This document shows, piece after piece, positions 1-12,056 of a DNA stretch of 64,000 bases. Numbering within the stretch: the first letter of the stretch is position 1; each line of letters opens with the position of its first letter. The DNA lies in NCBI GenBank assembly GCA_013239625.1, contig MU053917.1, positions 82,170-146,169 on the forward strand, in the 5' to 3' direction. A program made the position numbers and the translations under genes. The stretch comes from Lama guanicoe (taxonomy: Eukaryota). The notes beneath the pieces are model-generated. The model ran no database searches. It was not told where the DNA came from and saw only the letters and a list, made by a program, of their open reading frames with translations.

Positions 1-244
1 TGTCAAGTCCTCTTAGTGTAATTGTTTTCCCTTTTTTAAGTAAGATCCACATACAAATAATGGAATTGGAATCCTGGGTCCAGATGATAGCTTTTAATCT
101 TCAGGTTGATGATATTTAATATAAGTTTAATCTGTATTGTGCTTTATTAGTATTTAGTAAATGTTGGTTAACAGTGCTGGGTTTCTAAAGGATTTCTTGA
201 TTGACAGATTAATGATATTTAAATAACTGATATATTTACTTATT

Positions 245-435
245 TAAATTTTTTCTAATTGAGATGTAGTCAGTTACAATGTGTCAATTTCTGGTATACA
301 TCATAGTCATACGTATATATACATACACATGTATTTGGTTTCATATTTTTTCATTAAAGGTTACTATAAGATATTGAGTATAGTTCCCTGTGTTATAGAG
401 AAGAAATTTGTTTTTTGTCTATTTTTTATTTTATC
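245..435 (-). mobile_element. L1 3'-end fragment (lineage-specific)
   Basis: T-rich start, then 'gatgtagtcagttacaatgtgtcaatttctggt...atagttccctgtg'. The same L1 3'UTR motif occurs at 43480 and 58575. Confidence 0.75.
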
Positions 436-2030
436 TTCTTGATTTCTTGATTGAAATATTAATAATATTTGAATCACTGATTTTTTTAAAGCTTAATGTT
501 TCCAGAAGGACTTAAAGATTTTGAGGAAGAAAATTTTTTTTTCATTTTCTGAATCTGTCATTAGAAATTTTGCCTTTTCTGTGCAAAGTCCTTTCCTAAT
601 CATTACGTAGAGGACATAAAGAGTGGAGTTTGAATTGAGCCCTTGCGAGTGCGTGTGGTTTTAGTAGGAAGACAATAGGTGCAAGTGACAGTCTAAGCTA
701 TGGAATCCTATCCTGGAAAAGGACTTGTCTCGAGCTACCCGACCCCACGTCCAGCCTGCTCTGCCCGCCCACCCGCCTGACCCTGAGATACTCTTTCTTC
801 CTTTTTGCTTCTCTTTTCTCTTTCACTTCTTAGGGCTCCCATACATTGGAAAGCCAACAGGATGGATGTTCTCCAAGTTCTCTGTCCAGTGCGCAGTCTT
901 AGGGCAGGCTCTGGGCTCTGAACCCCTCCATGGCTGGTGGGAGCTGGGGGTGGGGTGTAGGGGTGAGGTCTGCGTGGACCTCACCATGACCAGCTGACTA
1001 GCGTTAGTTGCAAGCTTGCCTTAGGTGCTGTGGTTTCAGTCATTTTCATCCTCACCTTTGAGGTATTAGTTTTTTACTTACAGATAAGGAAACCAGGTCT
1101 CTGATAACTTGTCTAGGGTTCACAGCCAGTAAATGTGCAGCAGAACTGAGATTTGTCTTGATCTCAAAACGTGTAATTTTTTCCCCCAGAACTACTGTAG
1201 ACTTTCCTGTGCTACAGCGAGTTACCTGGAAACGTGCTTCCTGCAGCCTGGGTTCCTGAATGTGTTGGCACCAAAGTATGAAATGATGTTTGTCATGACC
1301 AGCTTGGGCCTGTTGTGGAGATTCAAGAGGGGGGAACCAGAAACTTGGAAGGGGTGAGGGAGGTAGAGTCAAAGCAGCTTCATTTTTATCAGAAGGGTGT
1401 TCATCATTCTCACTCGTTCTACGTCCTCCACCAGTTGCTTGATTTTCATCCATTTAGTAACGTTATTGAGTGTGTACCTTGACTTACGTGCTAAGCAGTA
1501 GGATTGAAGTGGTTTTTACACTCTGGTGTTTACTCTCTAACGGGAAAGTGATCACATTTACTGAATATGGTGAGGTGCAGAGTGCTCCCTTTTATACCCA
1601 TAAAAAGTGGAGCAAAAGTTTGCGGAGTAGTCCAGGAGGGTTTCTTGGAGGAAGTGCTGTTTAAGCTGGGACCTGGAGAATGACGTGGAGCTAGCTGAGG
1701 GAAAGGTGGGGAAAGGTGCTAAAGCGTTTGAGGCACGGCTTGTAGAAAATAGGCTGTAGAAGTTGGGAGGTTTGTGATTAAGATCCAGGGATGTTTCTCA
1801 TGATGTTGCAGGGACAGGAAGAGCAGTTCCAGTTTCAGGTATGGATGTAACCAGGAACTAAAAACGACCAAGGCAGCTACTCCCCTCCCTCTTTACATTT
1901 ACAAAATCTTGCATCCTGCATCTCTGCACAGCTGTTCTTTTATTTTTTTCCTCTTTTCACTTTTTACCACATCCCCATGCACTTGGCAGAAGAGAGCTGA
2001 CCCTGGCTTCCCAGAGGTATGTGTCTTCAG

Positions 2031-2514
2031 AGCACCTGCCAGTCTTTGACTCCTTCCTGGAGCCCACGCGTACGTACCCGGGTGTGGAGAGCTGTGACAA
2101 GGTGTGGAGGCTGTGCGGCCCCTCGGGCCCCTGGCCTTCCTGGAGGCCAGCAAGCAGTTCCTGCAGACGCAGTGCCAGGGCCGCCCCAGGATGACGACCC
2201 AGGGCGCCCCCATGACCCCCCACCACAGAAACAACTTCTCCGTGGAGCACCTGGTTGTGGGCCATCGCGGCCCCAGCCGATCTGCCTGCCAGATGCTGTG
2301 CTACTGGCTCAATGTCTGCCTGGCCGGCAGCCACAGCTCGCACCCTGCGGCGTCATGCAGACCCCTTGTGCCTGCCTGGGCAGGGACGTCGGCAACCATG
2401 CCTCCAGCTCCCTGGGCCCCTGCGGTGACATCTGCCTTAGGCACAGCATGGCTGGTGGCCCAGAGAACTGCCTCAGCAGCCTCATCCAGGACAGGGGCGG
2501 GGATGGCACTACAG
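2031..2514 (+). pseudogene. ADGRB1: ADGRB1 (BAI1) unprocessed fragment: 3' part of first coding exon, frameshifted
   Basis: Joined frames read [44 protein letters not shown]...[52 protein letters not shown]...[31 protein letters not shown]. This is collinear with recalled human BAI1 [45 protein letters not shown]...[21 protein letters not shown]. At least 3 frameshifts (~2043, ~2128, ~2344). Donor CAG|GTGAAT at 2514/2515. Signal-peptide region and later exons not found. Confidence 0.92.
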
Positions 2515-5389
2515 GTGAATGACCAGTGGGGAGAGCCCCAGGGGCAGCTCTCTGGGCAGAGGGCAGCGGGGGAGGGTCTCGTCTGCAGGGCCGCCCTGGC
2601 CACCCATCCCTGCGCGCTCCCTGGGGAAGACACGTGCACCCTGGGAAGTTCTCTGCAGGCTCACTGAGAATAGGCAGCCTGGAGTGCTTGCCGCTGTTCC
2701 CCAGGGCCAGGCGTGGTGCCAGCACATGAGAAGTGCTTGCTGAGTGTTCAAGGAAGGAAGGAGGGAAGGAAGGAGGCCAGGATGGGTCTGGTTTCTCCCA
2801 AGATGAGGGAGGTTTTCATTTCTGGCTGGGGGGAGGCCCCTCCTCTTTTGCAGGTATGACGATTCTGATGGGCCAGCAGGTGCCGTGGCCTGTGGCCAGG
2901 GCTGCAGGGGCCTCCTGGGATGCGGGAGAGAAAATGAGGAGAGGGGGCTGTCGGGCGATGTGGTCAGCAGTTGCCGTTTGGGGGTTGCGCGTGGTGAGGC
3001 CGTACATACCCTTCTCCAGCAGCTACTTAAGGGGGGGGGGCCCTGGGGGCGGGGCTGTGTGTCACGCAGAGTCGGGCTCACTTGGTCAGGGCTGTGTTTG
3101 AGATTCCAGGAGAGGTGCGGGCGAGCCCCGTGGGCATCAGAGGCAAAGGTAGGGAGGGGTGCATGTGTGCTGGGAGGGTCCCAGCAGGGAGGGAGGGGCT
3201 GGGGCACGGCCCACCTTCTTAGCAGTTTAGTTTCTTTGGTGAGAGGGCCACCCGCACAGGAGGGCACAATCATTGGTCTGGGACAGCAGTTGGGGCTCCA
3301 TGGTGGCAGGGCTGGCGGAGTTCCCTGCAGACACTTGGAGGGGAGCCCCCCTTGCAGGACGCCCAGGAGTTGTGGTAGGCTGCCGCAGCAAGGACAGGGA
3401 GGGCAGCAGGGGCCAGACTGGGCTGGGCGTTCATGCCGGCAGGTCATCAGGGAGCCAGGGAACGTGGTCCAGGGCCCTTGGCCTCTCCTGAGCCAGTGAG
3501 GCTGATGGAGTCCACAGAATAGCCTCTGCAGAGGCACAGCATGAGCTACGTGGGGTTACAAAGGGAGCCGGTTATCTGGGACCTGGTTCTGTTCGTGGCT
3601 CCAGAGCCCAGGATCCCAGATTAGAAACCTCTGTTGCCAGAGAGGATCAGGAAAGGAGGGAAGAGGTGGCCAGGGTGGGGCAGGGGTGGCGTCCGGGAAA
3701 GAGCAGAAAACCCCCATCTTCTGTCATTGTATCAGGGCCCCAGTGTGGGGGTAGGAGGCATGTGGGCAGATCATCAGGCGGGGCAGGGTGGAGGTGACTG
3801 TGACCTCGGCTGGGGCAGCTCCCCACACTGGCGTGCTGGTGAGAGTGGTCCCTGGCAGGTGGGGAGGAGCTGAATGGAGCAAAGCATGGAGGGCTCTTCT
3901 GAGGAGCAGATGCAGGGCGGTGGTTGGTTTGAGAGGTGGGAGGGTGCAGGGGGACCAGGCGGCAGTGGCCTGGCTGTACATCCTGCTCGGCCACACCCCA
4001 GGGGTCACCTGCCCCTGAGCCTCAGTGTCTTCGCCTGCAAAGTGCCCAGCACTTTGCAAGACTGCTGGGTCACAGAGCAACGATGCCCCTGGGGCCTGGC
4101 CCACACTGCAGCTGGTCTGTGTTAACATCGGGGCGGGTAACGCACCAGGGAGAGACCGGGTAAACCCAGCGGTGCGGAGCTTTGTCAGGACAAGGTCAAG
4201 AGTTAGGCGCTGGTGTGACATGTGTGCTGTTGGTGGTGCAGGACGCTGGCCGGGTCGAGAGAAGGGAGGGTCTCGGGGGTCGGTGTGGAGCTGATGGGCT
4301 TGTGGAAGCAAATGATGTGGGCACGGAGGAAGGAGGTGGCTGGAACTTGCCCAGATTTCTGGCCGGGACCGAGCCAGTGCAGGAAGCACCGCCTGTCAAC
4401 CAGTACTCATGCCGGTAGCCCGGGGGTCGGCTCCCCAGCCAGGCGGCCACCTGCGCAGGGCCTTTGCGGGGGCTGTTCCCCGGGCTGGGACACTCTTCCC
4501 CCAGCGGGGCTCCCCTCCTCAGCTTGCTCCTGCCCTGGCCCCCTGACCCCCTGACCCCCGACCGTGCTGCTTCAAGTGGCGACAGCTCCTGCCGCGCTCT
4601 CACCGCACCCCGTCTCTTTTTCTCTTCCCACACGGCGTCGCCTGTGAACACTGAATAATTTCCCGTGTCCTTATTCTCTGTCCTGCCACGATGTACCCCC
4701 CAACAGGGCGGGGAGTTTGCCCTGCTGGCTGATGAAACCCGGCACACAGCAGGTTCTAGATTAATGCTTACTCTGTGGAATGAGGCACAGAGAGGTTAAG
4801 GCAGCGGCCAGGGTCACACAGCTTGTAAGGGGGAGACAGAGGGTGGAGCCAGCTCATGGCACCCGGTGGTCATTCCTGGGGTGTCTCCTGCATGGCACCC
4901 TACTGGGAGGGTGCTTGTGTGTACACATGTGTGTCAGGGTGGGGTGGCACGTGGACCACAGAGGTCCAGCAGTCATTCAGGACACACAGCTGAGCCAGGC
5001 AGGTGCCTGGCCTGAGAGCTTGCTGGCTGAGCCAGTGGCCAGGGAGCTCTGCCCCTCACACTGGCCAGGGAAGGCTGGGTCACATGTGTCCCTCCACTCC
5101 GAGCCCAGCTGGAAGCCAGCAGGTGGCCCAGGCCAGCCTGTGGCCCATTTACAGCCTGACACCTCCTGGCCTGTGCAGATGCCACAAGGCCACATCATGT
5201 ATCCGGTTGGCAAGTGTTCCTTGGGCCAGAGCAACTGGGCCCTCTCCTCCACATCTGCCCCCGCCCAGCGGCCCCTCTGCAGCTCCCCTCACTGTCTCCT
5301 GCCCTCTCAGTGCCATCCCCACTCCCTATCCGTGTAGTTGCTCTGTGTTTTCCTGCCTCTGCAGAGATGGGACCATTTCTCTCAAGGGT

Positions 5390-5897
5390 TGTTTTCAATA
5401 TTCACTTGAAGTACAGTCAGTTGACAATGTTGTGTCAACTTCTGGTGTACAGCACGACGCTTCAATCACACACGAACATACCTAGATTCATTTTCATATT
5501 CTTTCACTGTAAGCCACAAGATATTGAATATAGTTTCCTGTGCTACACATTATGAACTTGTTTACCTATTTTATGTACACCAGTCAGTATCACTCTCAAT
5601 TTATCCCTTCCCACCCCGTCCCCCCCCCGGAACTGTAAGTTTGTTTTCTGTCTGAGTCTGTTTCTGGTTTACACATAAGTTCGTTTGTCTTATTTACATT
5701 ACACACGTAAGTGAAATCATATGGTATTTTTCTTCCTCCTTCTGGCTTGCTTCACTAGAATGACATTCACCTGGGCCATCCACGTTGCTGCAAATGGCAT
5801 TATTCTTTTTATGGCACAGTAGTATTCCATTGTAGAAATATACCACAGCTTCTTTATGCAGTCATCTGTCGATTGACATTGGCATTGTTTCCATGTT
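5390..5897 (-). mobile_element. L1 3' fragment
   Basis: L1 3'UTR/ORF2-end antisense motifs 'ccatccacgttgctgcaaatggcattattctttttatggc...agtattccattgt...gtcatctgtcgattgacatt'. Confidence 0.85.
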
Positions 5898-6033
5898 CTC
5901 TATTAATACCATATAATATCACTTACATCTGTAACTCACTTGTACAAGGCTCATGGCAGGAGGAGAGCTGGGCTCAGCGTGTGCTCACTGGGATGTACGG
6001 GCCAGTGGAACAGTGACTGGGACCAGGAGAAGA

Positions 6034-6164
6034 GGGCTGGGGAGCTCAGGCAGGCCTCCCTTCATGAGCACGGAGCCGGTTGAGGCGCTAGACCAGCCTT
6101 CCCCACAGCCCGACGGCTACCATCTGTCCCCACTCCCAGCCCACAACAGCCAACCAGGCCCCCA
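6034..6164 (+). repeat. 131-bp dispersed direct repeat, copy 1
   Basis: Ungapped match to 11926-12056 with 12 mismatches by hand count. Confidence 0.9.
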
Positions 6165-7434
6165 ATCCCCTGGCTGACTGTGGGGCACCGAGGCCTGCCC
6201 TAAAGAGGCTCCTGGCCATACTCCACTCACAGCAGAGAGGTGCAGGCAGACCGGCGAGGCATCCCCACCGGGCAGGGAGGGGGCACCTGGTGGCACTGGG
6301 TTGCCAGCAGGGCCGGCCCCCCCAAGAAATCCACCACACCCACCAAGCCTGCCAGGCCCAGCCCCCAGGGATGCCTCCTTCCCCTGCCTGCCCGCCCAGG
6401 CACAGGGGTCCTCGGGAATCTGGCTGGAAGCCAGGTGGAGCTGCCCAGGAGGAGAAGGGACCCAAGGTGGTCAGCTGCTGGAGGGTGAGGTGGGGGCCCC
6501 GTCCTGTGCTGGCTCTGCTCCAGGCTGCCCCGTTCAGCCCCTCACTCTCATCACACTTCTGTTTGCTCAGGGTCCTGCCACCCCGAACACCTGCAGACTT
6601 TGAAGACACTTATGTGCTCAGGCTTTTGCTCAGGTCATGCCTCGGCCTGGGCTGCCCTGTCCTCTGCCCGGCAAACACCCACTTACCCTTCAGGATGTGG
6701 GGCTGCCCTAGGAAGTTCTATCTGAGCCTGCTGGGGCCTCCCAAGGGCAGACGTGCCCACCTCCCTCAGGCTTCCCTGGATCCTGCGCCCCCAACACGCA
6801 CACACATCCTGCACACACGGACCTTTGTGCACACAAACACGCTCTCAGGAGAGAGCCCCAGGTGGGGAGAGTACCTCTGATTGCCCAGGCCTCCGGTGGG
6901 CCTGACTTGTCAGCCTCCATCACCCTTCTGTGGGCCTGGGGCCCGATGCGGGTTTACCCCGGCCCAAGCCTTGGAGGCGCCTCTGAGGCATTTATCCAAG
7001 GTCTTGTTGCAGTTTTTCAGGGAGACAGTTAATGGGGATGGAGAAGCTTAGCCGCTGGAAAGGGTGTATGGGTCTGTTCAGGGTGGGGCAGAGGGTGCGG
7101 CCTGGCAAGTGGAGGGTGAGTGACCGCTGACAGGCGCAGGAGCTGTCTCTGATGGTGGCCTGGTCCCCCTGCCCAGTTCTGCCCCAAGATCCTGCCAGAA
7201 GGGTCAGGGCGCAGAGCCTGCCTCAATGCCCAGGCTGTGGAGCGGTGCAAGTTTTAGCGGACTGTCCTTGCCATGGGGTCCCAGGGCTCCACGGAACCCT
7301 GTTTGAAGAACCTCACGCATGGGCTTTTCCGGGCTGTTTTCTGGCCCCAAGAGCAGCTAAGGCTCACTGCAGAGCCTCAATCCTGGGGGTGCAGCTGCCT
7401 GAAGGGGCTTTGCCCTGACCTGCCCCTAAACCCC

Positions 7435-7454
7435 NNNNNNNNNNNNNNNNNNNN
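7435..7454. other. Assembly gap (20 N)
   Basis: Run of N. Confidence 1.
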
Positions 7455-10400
7455 NGGGCAGCTCCCCGAGGGGCAGCTCTGACTGCGGTGCTCCCTGCTG
7501 TTCATGCTCACTGCCGCCTCCTGCCCTCTGTGCAGGACAGGGGTGGGCCTGGCTCCCCCGACAGGCACTCAAGGAGCAGAGTGAGCTGGTGCAGACGAGG
7601 CCGGCCCGCAAGGATGCTGGGAGGGCCTCAACTCGGCCCGGCTCCTGCGGGTCCTGGGACAAGGGCAGGATTCGGATCAGTTCTGCCTTGCCCGGGCAGT
7701 GCCACGCCGTGCAGAGGGCAGGGACTTTGTCCAGCAGACCTGGGCTTGGATCCTGTCTCGGGCGCCCAGGACCTGAGAGAGTCCCCTCCAGGGTGGCTCC
7801 TGTGTGGCCCCCACGTGCCCGTCTGCAAAGTGGGCCATAGCGGGGCTGCTGCTGCGGGGACCCAGCGCCCGGCACAGCATGGAGCCCAGTGGTGGTCCCC
7901 TCCCTCCGTGAGCCCTGCTCTTCCCTCCAGGCCCGCGAGCCCACAGTGTGGTGGAGGCGGCCCTGCCCGCACCTGCCCCCATCACCTTCTCACCCCCAGC
8001 AAGCGGTCCTGAGCATCTACTCCATCTGCACCTGCTTTCCGGACGGGAGGGCTGTGGGGTGGGCAGCCAGGGCCTAGGATAAGGAGGGGAGAGTAGGGGC
8101 CTGCCCTGGGTCATCTCAGGCTGTGCAGGCCCCTCGGGGGAAGGTGCTGGGTTTTGGGATGGCCTTGACCCGGGGTAAACGGGGACAGGACAGAGTGAGG
8201 CAGCTGTCGCGTGGAGAGTGGGGTGGCGCTGGGAGAGGCACTGGACTGTGAGCAGACTTTCTGCTGGGGTTCTCCAGGACATCAGAGAGGGTCTGTCCTG
8301 GGGCTGGGGCCACAAGCGAGGTCTGGCGGCTGCCTTAGGTCCCGAATTGGGTGCAGGGGAGGGGTGCTGCACCTGGGGCTGAGGCCCACGTGAGATTTCA
8401 GGTCCCCCTGCCAGGTGGGCAGGTGGGCATCCTCCCAGGTCTGAGGTTGGCTGTGGGACCTTGGCCCTGGCCTCTGTACCCATACATGGGGGTGGGTGGC
8501 CAGAGCAGGTGGCTCTGCCCATGTCCAAGACGGTCCCCAGAGTGGTCTAGAGGCAGGGCAGGAAAAAGGGCTTCCCGATGGCAGGGGCCGAGTGCAGGTC
8601 TGCCCAGTGATGGTCAGAGGGCCAGCGTGAGGGGTTTGCAAGTTCCCTCCTCAGGGGACCTGAACGTTTGCCACTGAAGAGCCCCCACAGGGCTGCCCTT
8701 GACGACCTAACATCCCCACCCGGCCTCTCTCCCTCTGGTGTCCCCTCCTGCCTCCTCCGTGGGTAAACCCGCAGGAACAGTGCCTACCCTTGTGCTGGGA
8801 GCGTGAAGCCTCACTCCCACATTACAGATGGGGACACTGAGGCTGGGAGGTGCGGGATGGGCCCAAGCCCACACAGCCATGAGAGGGGCCACCCAAGTCC
8901 AGCCATCCTGGCCCGGGTGGCTCAGAGCTGGAGGCCGCCCACGCCCGGCGCTTGCCGTGCCCACAGGCCTGTCAGGACAGATGCCAGGAGGGGACTGCAG
9001 AGCAAGGACCGACCTTGTGTCGCCAGCCACCTGGGCCCAGGCAGCCAGAAGCAAGGAGTCCCTGTGGGCCAGCAGCCAGCGTGCGCAGGGTCCGCAGAGC
9101 GGAGGTGCGGGCACCAGGAGGCCGGGCGGGCTCTGTGGTGCAGACCACAGTCTCCCTCGGCCGCCCGCTGGCCCCGCTGCTGTGTGGGGCGATGGCCGGC
9201 CAGGGACTGTGGGGAGGGTGGGAAAACTGAGGCTTGGAGGCAGAAGGAACTTCCCAGGATTCGCATGGGGGGCGAGTTCAGAATGGGCAGTGCTGGCTTC
9301 CTGAGCCCAGGACAGCTCTGCTGCGTCCCCGCTCACCCTGGCCGGGAGCTGCTCCCCTCCCCTGGGTGTGAGCAGGTGGCACACACCCGGCATCCTCTCC
9401 TGGAGCAGGGCAGGTCACCCCAGGGCCACGAGATTGGGGTCAGTCTGGGGGGTTCAGGTGTGGGTACTCCCGCCTGCTCACTGTGACCCCGTCTGAACCT
9501 CAGTTTCCTCACCATGAAGTGGAGGGGGCAACAGTGCCGGCCTGGCCAGGGCAGAAGGCAGGGGTCAGTCCAGGCTGAAGCAGGACCCAGTGGCTCCGGG
9601 GGGAGGGGAGCTTCCTGGCAGGAGCACAGGTGGGAGGCTGAAGGGGGCCCCTGAGGGGCCCTGTGACAGGCAGCAGGGCGGGTGTGGGCAGAGAGGAGGC
9701 AGTTGGATGTCAAAGTCACAGCCAGAGACCAGGATCTGACCCCACCTCATCCCCCAAAGAACCTGTGAGGTTTGCTGTGAGGAGTCAGAGGTGGGGGGGG
9801 GGTCTCTGCCCCCACAGGGCTGAGGCTCAGAGGGCAGGGCTGCAGGGAGGCTGCGGGATGGCTGGAATGGCCTTTCTCCTGCGTTCCCCTGTCCTGCTTC
9901 CCCTCTGGCTGGGCTTGCAGATCCTTCCCTGAAAGATGGAGTGAGGGAGGGATAAGTTCAGAGAAGCCAGAGGCCCAGAGGGGTAGTGACCTCTGTGGCC
10001 ACCACAGGGCTTGTGGGCAGGCCCATGGCCCAGGGGGCCATGCCAGGCTGTCCTTTCAGATGGGCACAGCCTAGGCCCCTGTGGCATGTGGCCTTCCGGG
10101 GCTGCCCACTGCTCCCGCCCAGGCCTGGGTTGGGGAGCACGTGCCTGGGCCCCTGGCTCCTTGCCCCTGCACGTGGACACACTGGCAGGTGGCAAATAGA
10201 CAGGTACACAGAGCAGGTGCCTGAGAGCAGGGCCAGGGCCGGTGTCAGGTCCCCAAGCCCGGGGTGGGCACTGCCCCCAGTGTGCCCGAGCCCCTCTTGG
10301 GCTCCCAAGGACAGTGACCAATGAGCACCTATGCTCCTCCACCCGGGTCCCTGCCTCTCCCATCACATCCTCAGGACCAAAATGCCCTGCTGCCAGGGGG

Positions 10401-10984
10401 CTCTCCAGGTGTCCAGCCCCCATCTCTTTGGTCAGCTTCTGCCCCGAACCTGCAACACGGACTCCCAGCACCTGCAGGGTGTCCTTGGGGTGAGGGGTGG
10501 GGGACCTGAGAGAGATGGCCACAGCACGTAGGGACAAGGAGCTGCAGCCACAGAGATGAGAGTGGGAGACAATTCCTGGTTTACTGAACGCTGACCGCCC
10601 GCCAGGACGGGTCTCCATCTGCCGGGACACCTAGTGGGTAGGAGCCATATCGGCCCCACATTGCAGCTGTCAGGGTCCCCATCAGGGTAGGGACGTCACA
10701 CGCACCTCCCACCACCGTCCCAGATGTATATACATGAACGTGGAAACCGTCTGTGCCCCTGCCCACAAACAGAAGCCCCCATGCCTCAGTTTCTCCAGTG
10801 GACAACAAGGGCATTGGCTGGACACTGCGCCCTCAGCCTCCAGGAATTTCCAGCCTCACTTCAGTCTGTCAGACCCTGGCCTGGCCCAGTGCACACACCC
10901 GACCCAGGCCCTGCTCCGTCCCCTGCCCACACATCCCAGGCCACCAAAGGCCTCCATCCCCAGACACCAGCCACAAAAGACACT

Positions 10985-11069
10985 GTGAATGACTGAAAAA
11001 TTGTGCTGAACACTAGAATTTGACACAACATTGTAAAATGAATATACATCAATAAAAAATGTTAAAAAA
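10985..11069 (+). mobile_element. Severely 5'-truncated L1 3' tip with poly(A) and TSD
   Basis: Reverse complement of the L1 end at 61480-61560. AATAAA plus A-tail. Flanks aaaagacact (10975-10984) and aaaaggcact (11070-11079). Confidence 0.85.
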
Positions 11070-11199
11070 AAAAGGCACTCTACTGTCCCCCCCGCCCTGT
11101 GTCCAGGGAAGACTGCACTGGGGAGGGAGAGGCAGGTGGGCACCCACAGCACTGAGAGGGTCCTAGGATGCTGGCAGGCATGCAGGGCTGGGAGGCCAG

Positions 11200-11718
11200 T
11201 GTAATAGAGGAGAACAGATCTGGCTCGATATTGGATCTGTTCTTTCAGCTTTAACCCTGTGCCCTGTTTTCCAGTCTGAGCCTTGCAGGCTCTGCACCTT
11301 CTGTGAAACAATGTTGCCCTTAGTCTGAAATAGACAGGAGAGCCTATTCTGGGGGCTCTGACCTCTAAGGATGTTAGCACTTCTGCACTTAGGCAGAGAT
11401 GGCAAGTTGCAAAATAGAGAATAACTTGGTTTGTTGCAAGTTTGCAGAGACACCATGGACTGGCCCACATGGACAGCTGTAAGAACAAACAATTCCTGCA
11501 GGAAGAGGTTTGCAACAAACAACCACACCCTCTCTCCTGTATTTTTGTGTAAAAGGAGCCTGTAATCTGACTGGAGCAGGATGGTTCGCCAAGACATTGG
11601 TCTGCCATCCTCTCAGTCGGCTTACTTTCCAAACAAAGTTGTTATTCCTTGCTCCAACATCTGGTCTCCTGATTTATTGGCCTGTTGTGCGAGGAGAACA
11701 AGTCTGGACTCGGTAACA
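11200..11718 (+). mobile_element. Solo LTR, ERV1-like
   Basis: TGT...ACA termini, 519 bp, 4-bp TSD CCAG (11196-11199 and 11719-11722). AT-richer than flanks. Decayed poly(A) signal AACAAA at ~11632 followed by 'gttgttattccttgctccaaca'. Confidence 0.8.
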
Positions 11719-11925
11719 CCAGCAGGAGGGGGCCCCGGTCCACCCTGCCCACTGCAGCCTGCCCTCCCTGCTTGGGGTGCCCCATGGGCCCACACAGATC
11801 CCCCTGGGCCACAGCAGGGGAGGCAGCTCATCACCCGGAAGCAGAGGCAGCCCTGGCGGGAGACCCCCATTGCAGGCCCAGGATAACCTGTCTGAGCCAT
11901 CTAAGGTGCTTGGGGTAGCTAGGAG

Positions 11926-12056
11926 GGGCTGGGAAGCTCAGGCAGGCCTCCCTTCATGAGCACAGAGCCGGTTGGGGCACTAGACCAGCCTTTCCTGCAG
12001 CGCTACGGCTACCATCTGTCCCCACTCCCAGCCCGCAGCAGCCAACTAGGCCCCCA
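11926..12056 (+). repeat. 131-bp dispersed direct repeat, copy 2
   Basis: Ungapped match to 6034-6164. Confidence 0.9.

Noticed and set aside
10565..10635. WNT7B exon 2-like 'IPGL...ICR' peptide
   Set aside because: Spacing and flanking residues do not match, there is an in-frame stop, and no acceptor. Treated as coincidence.
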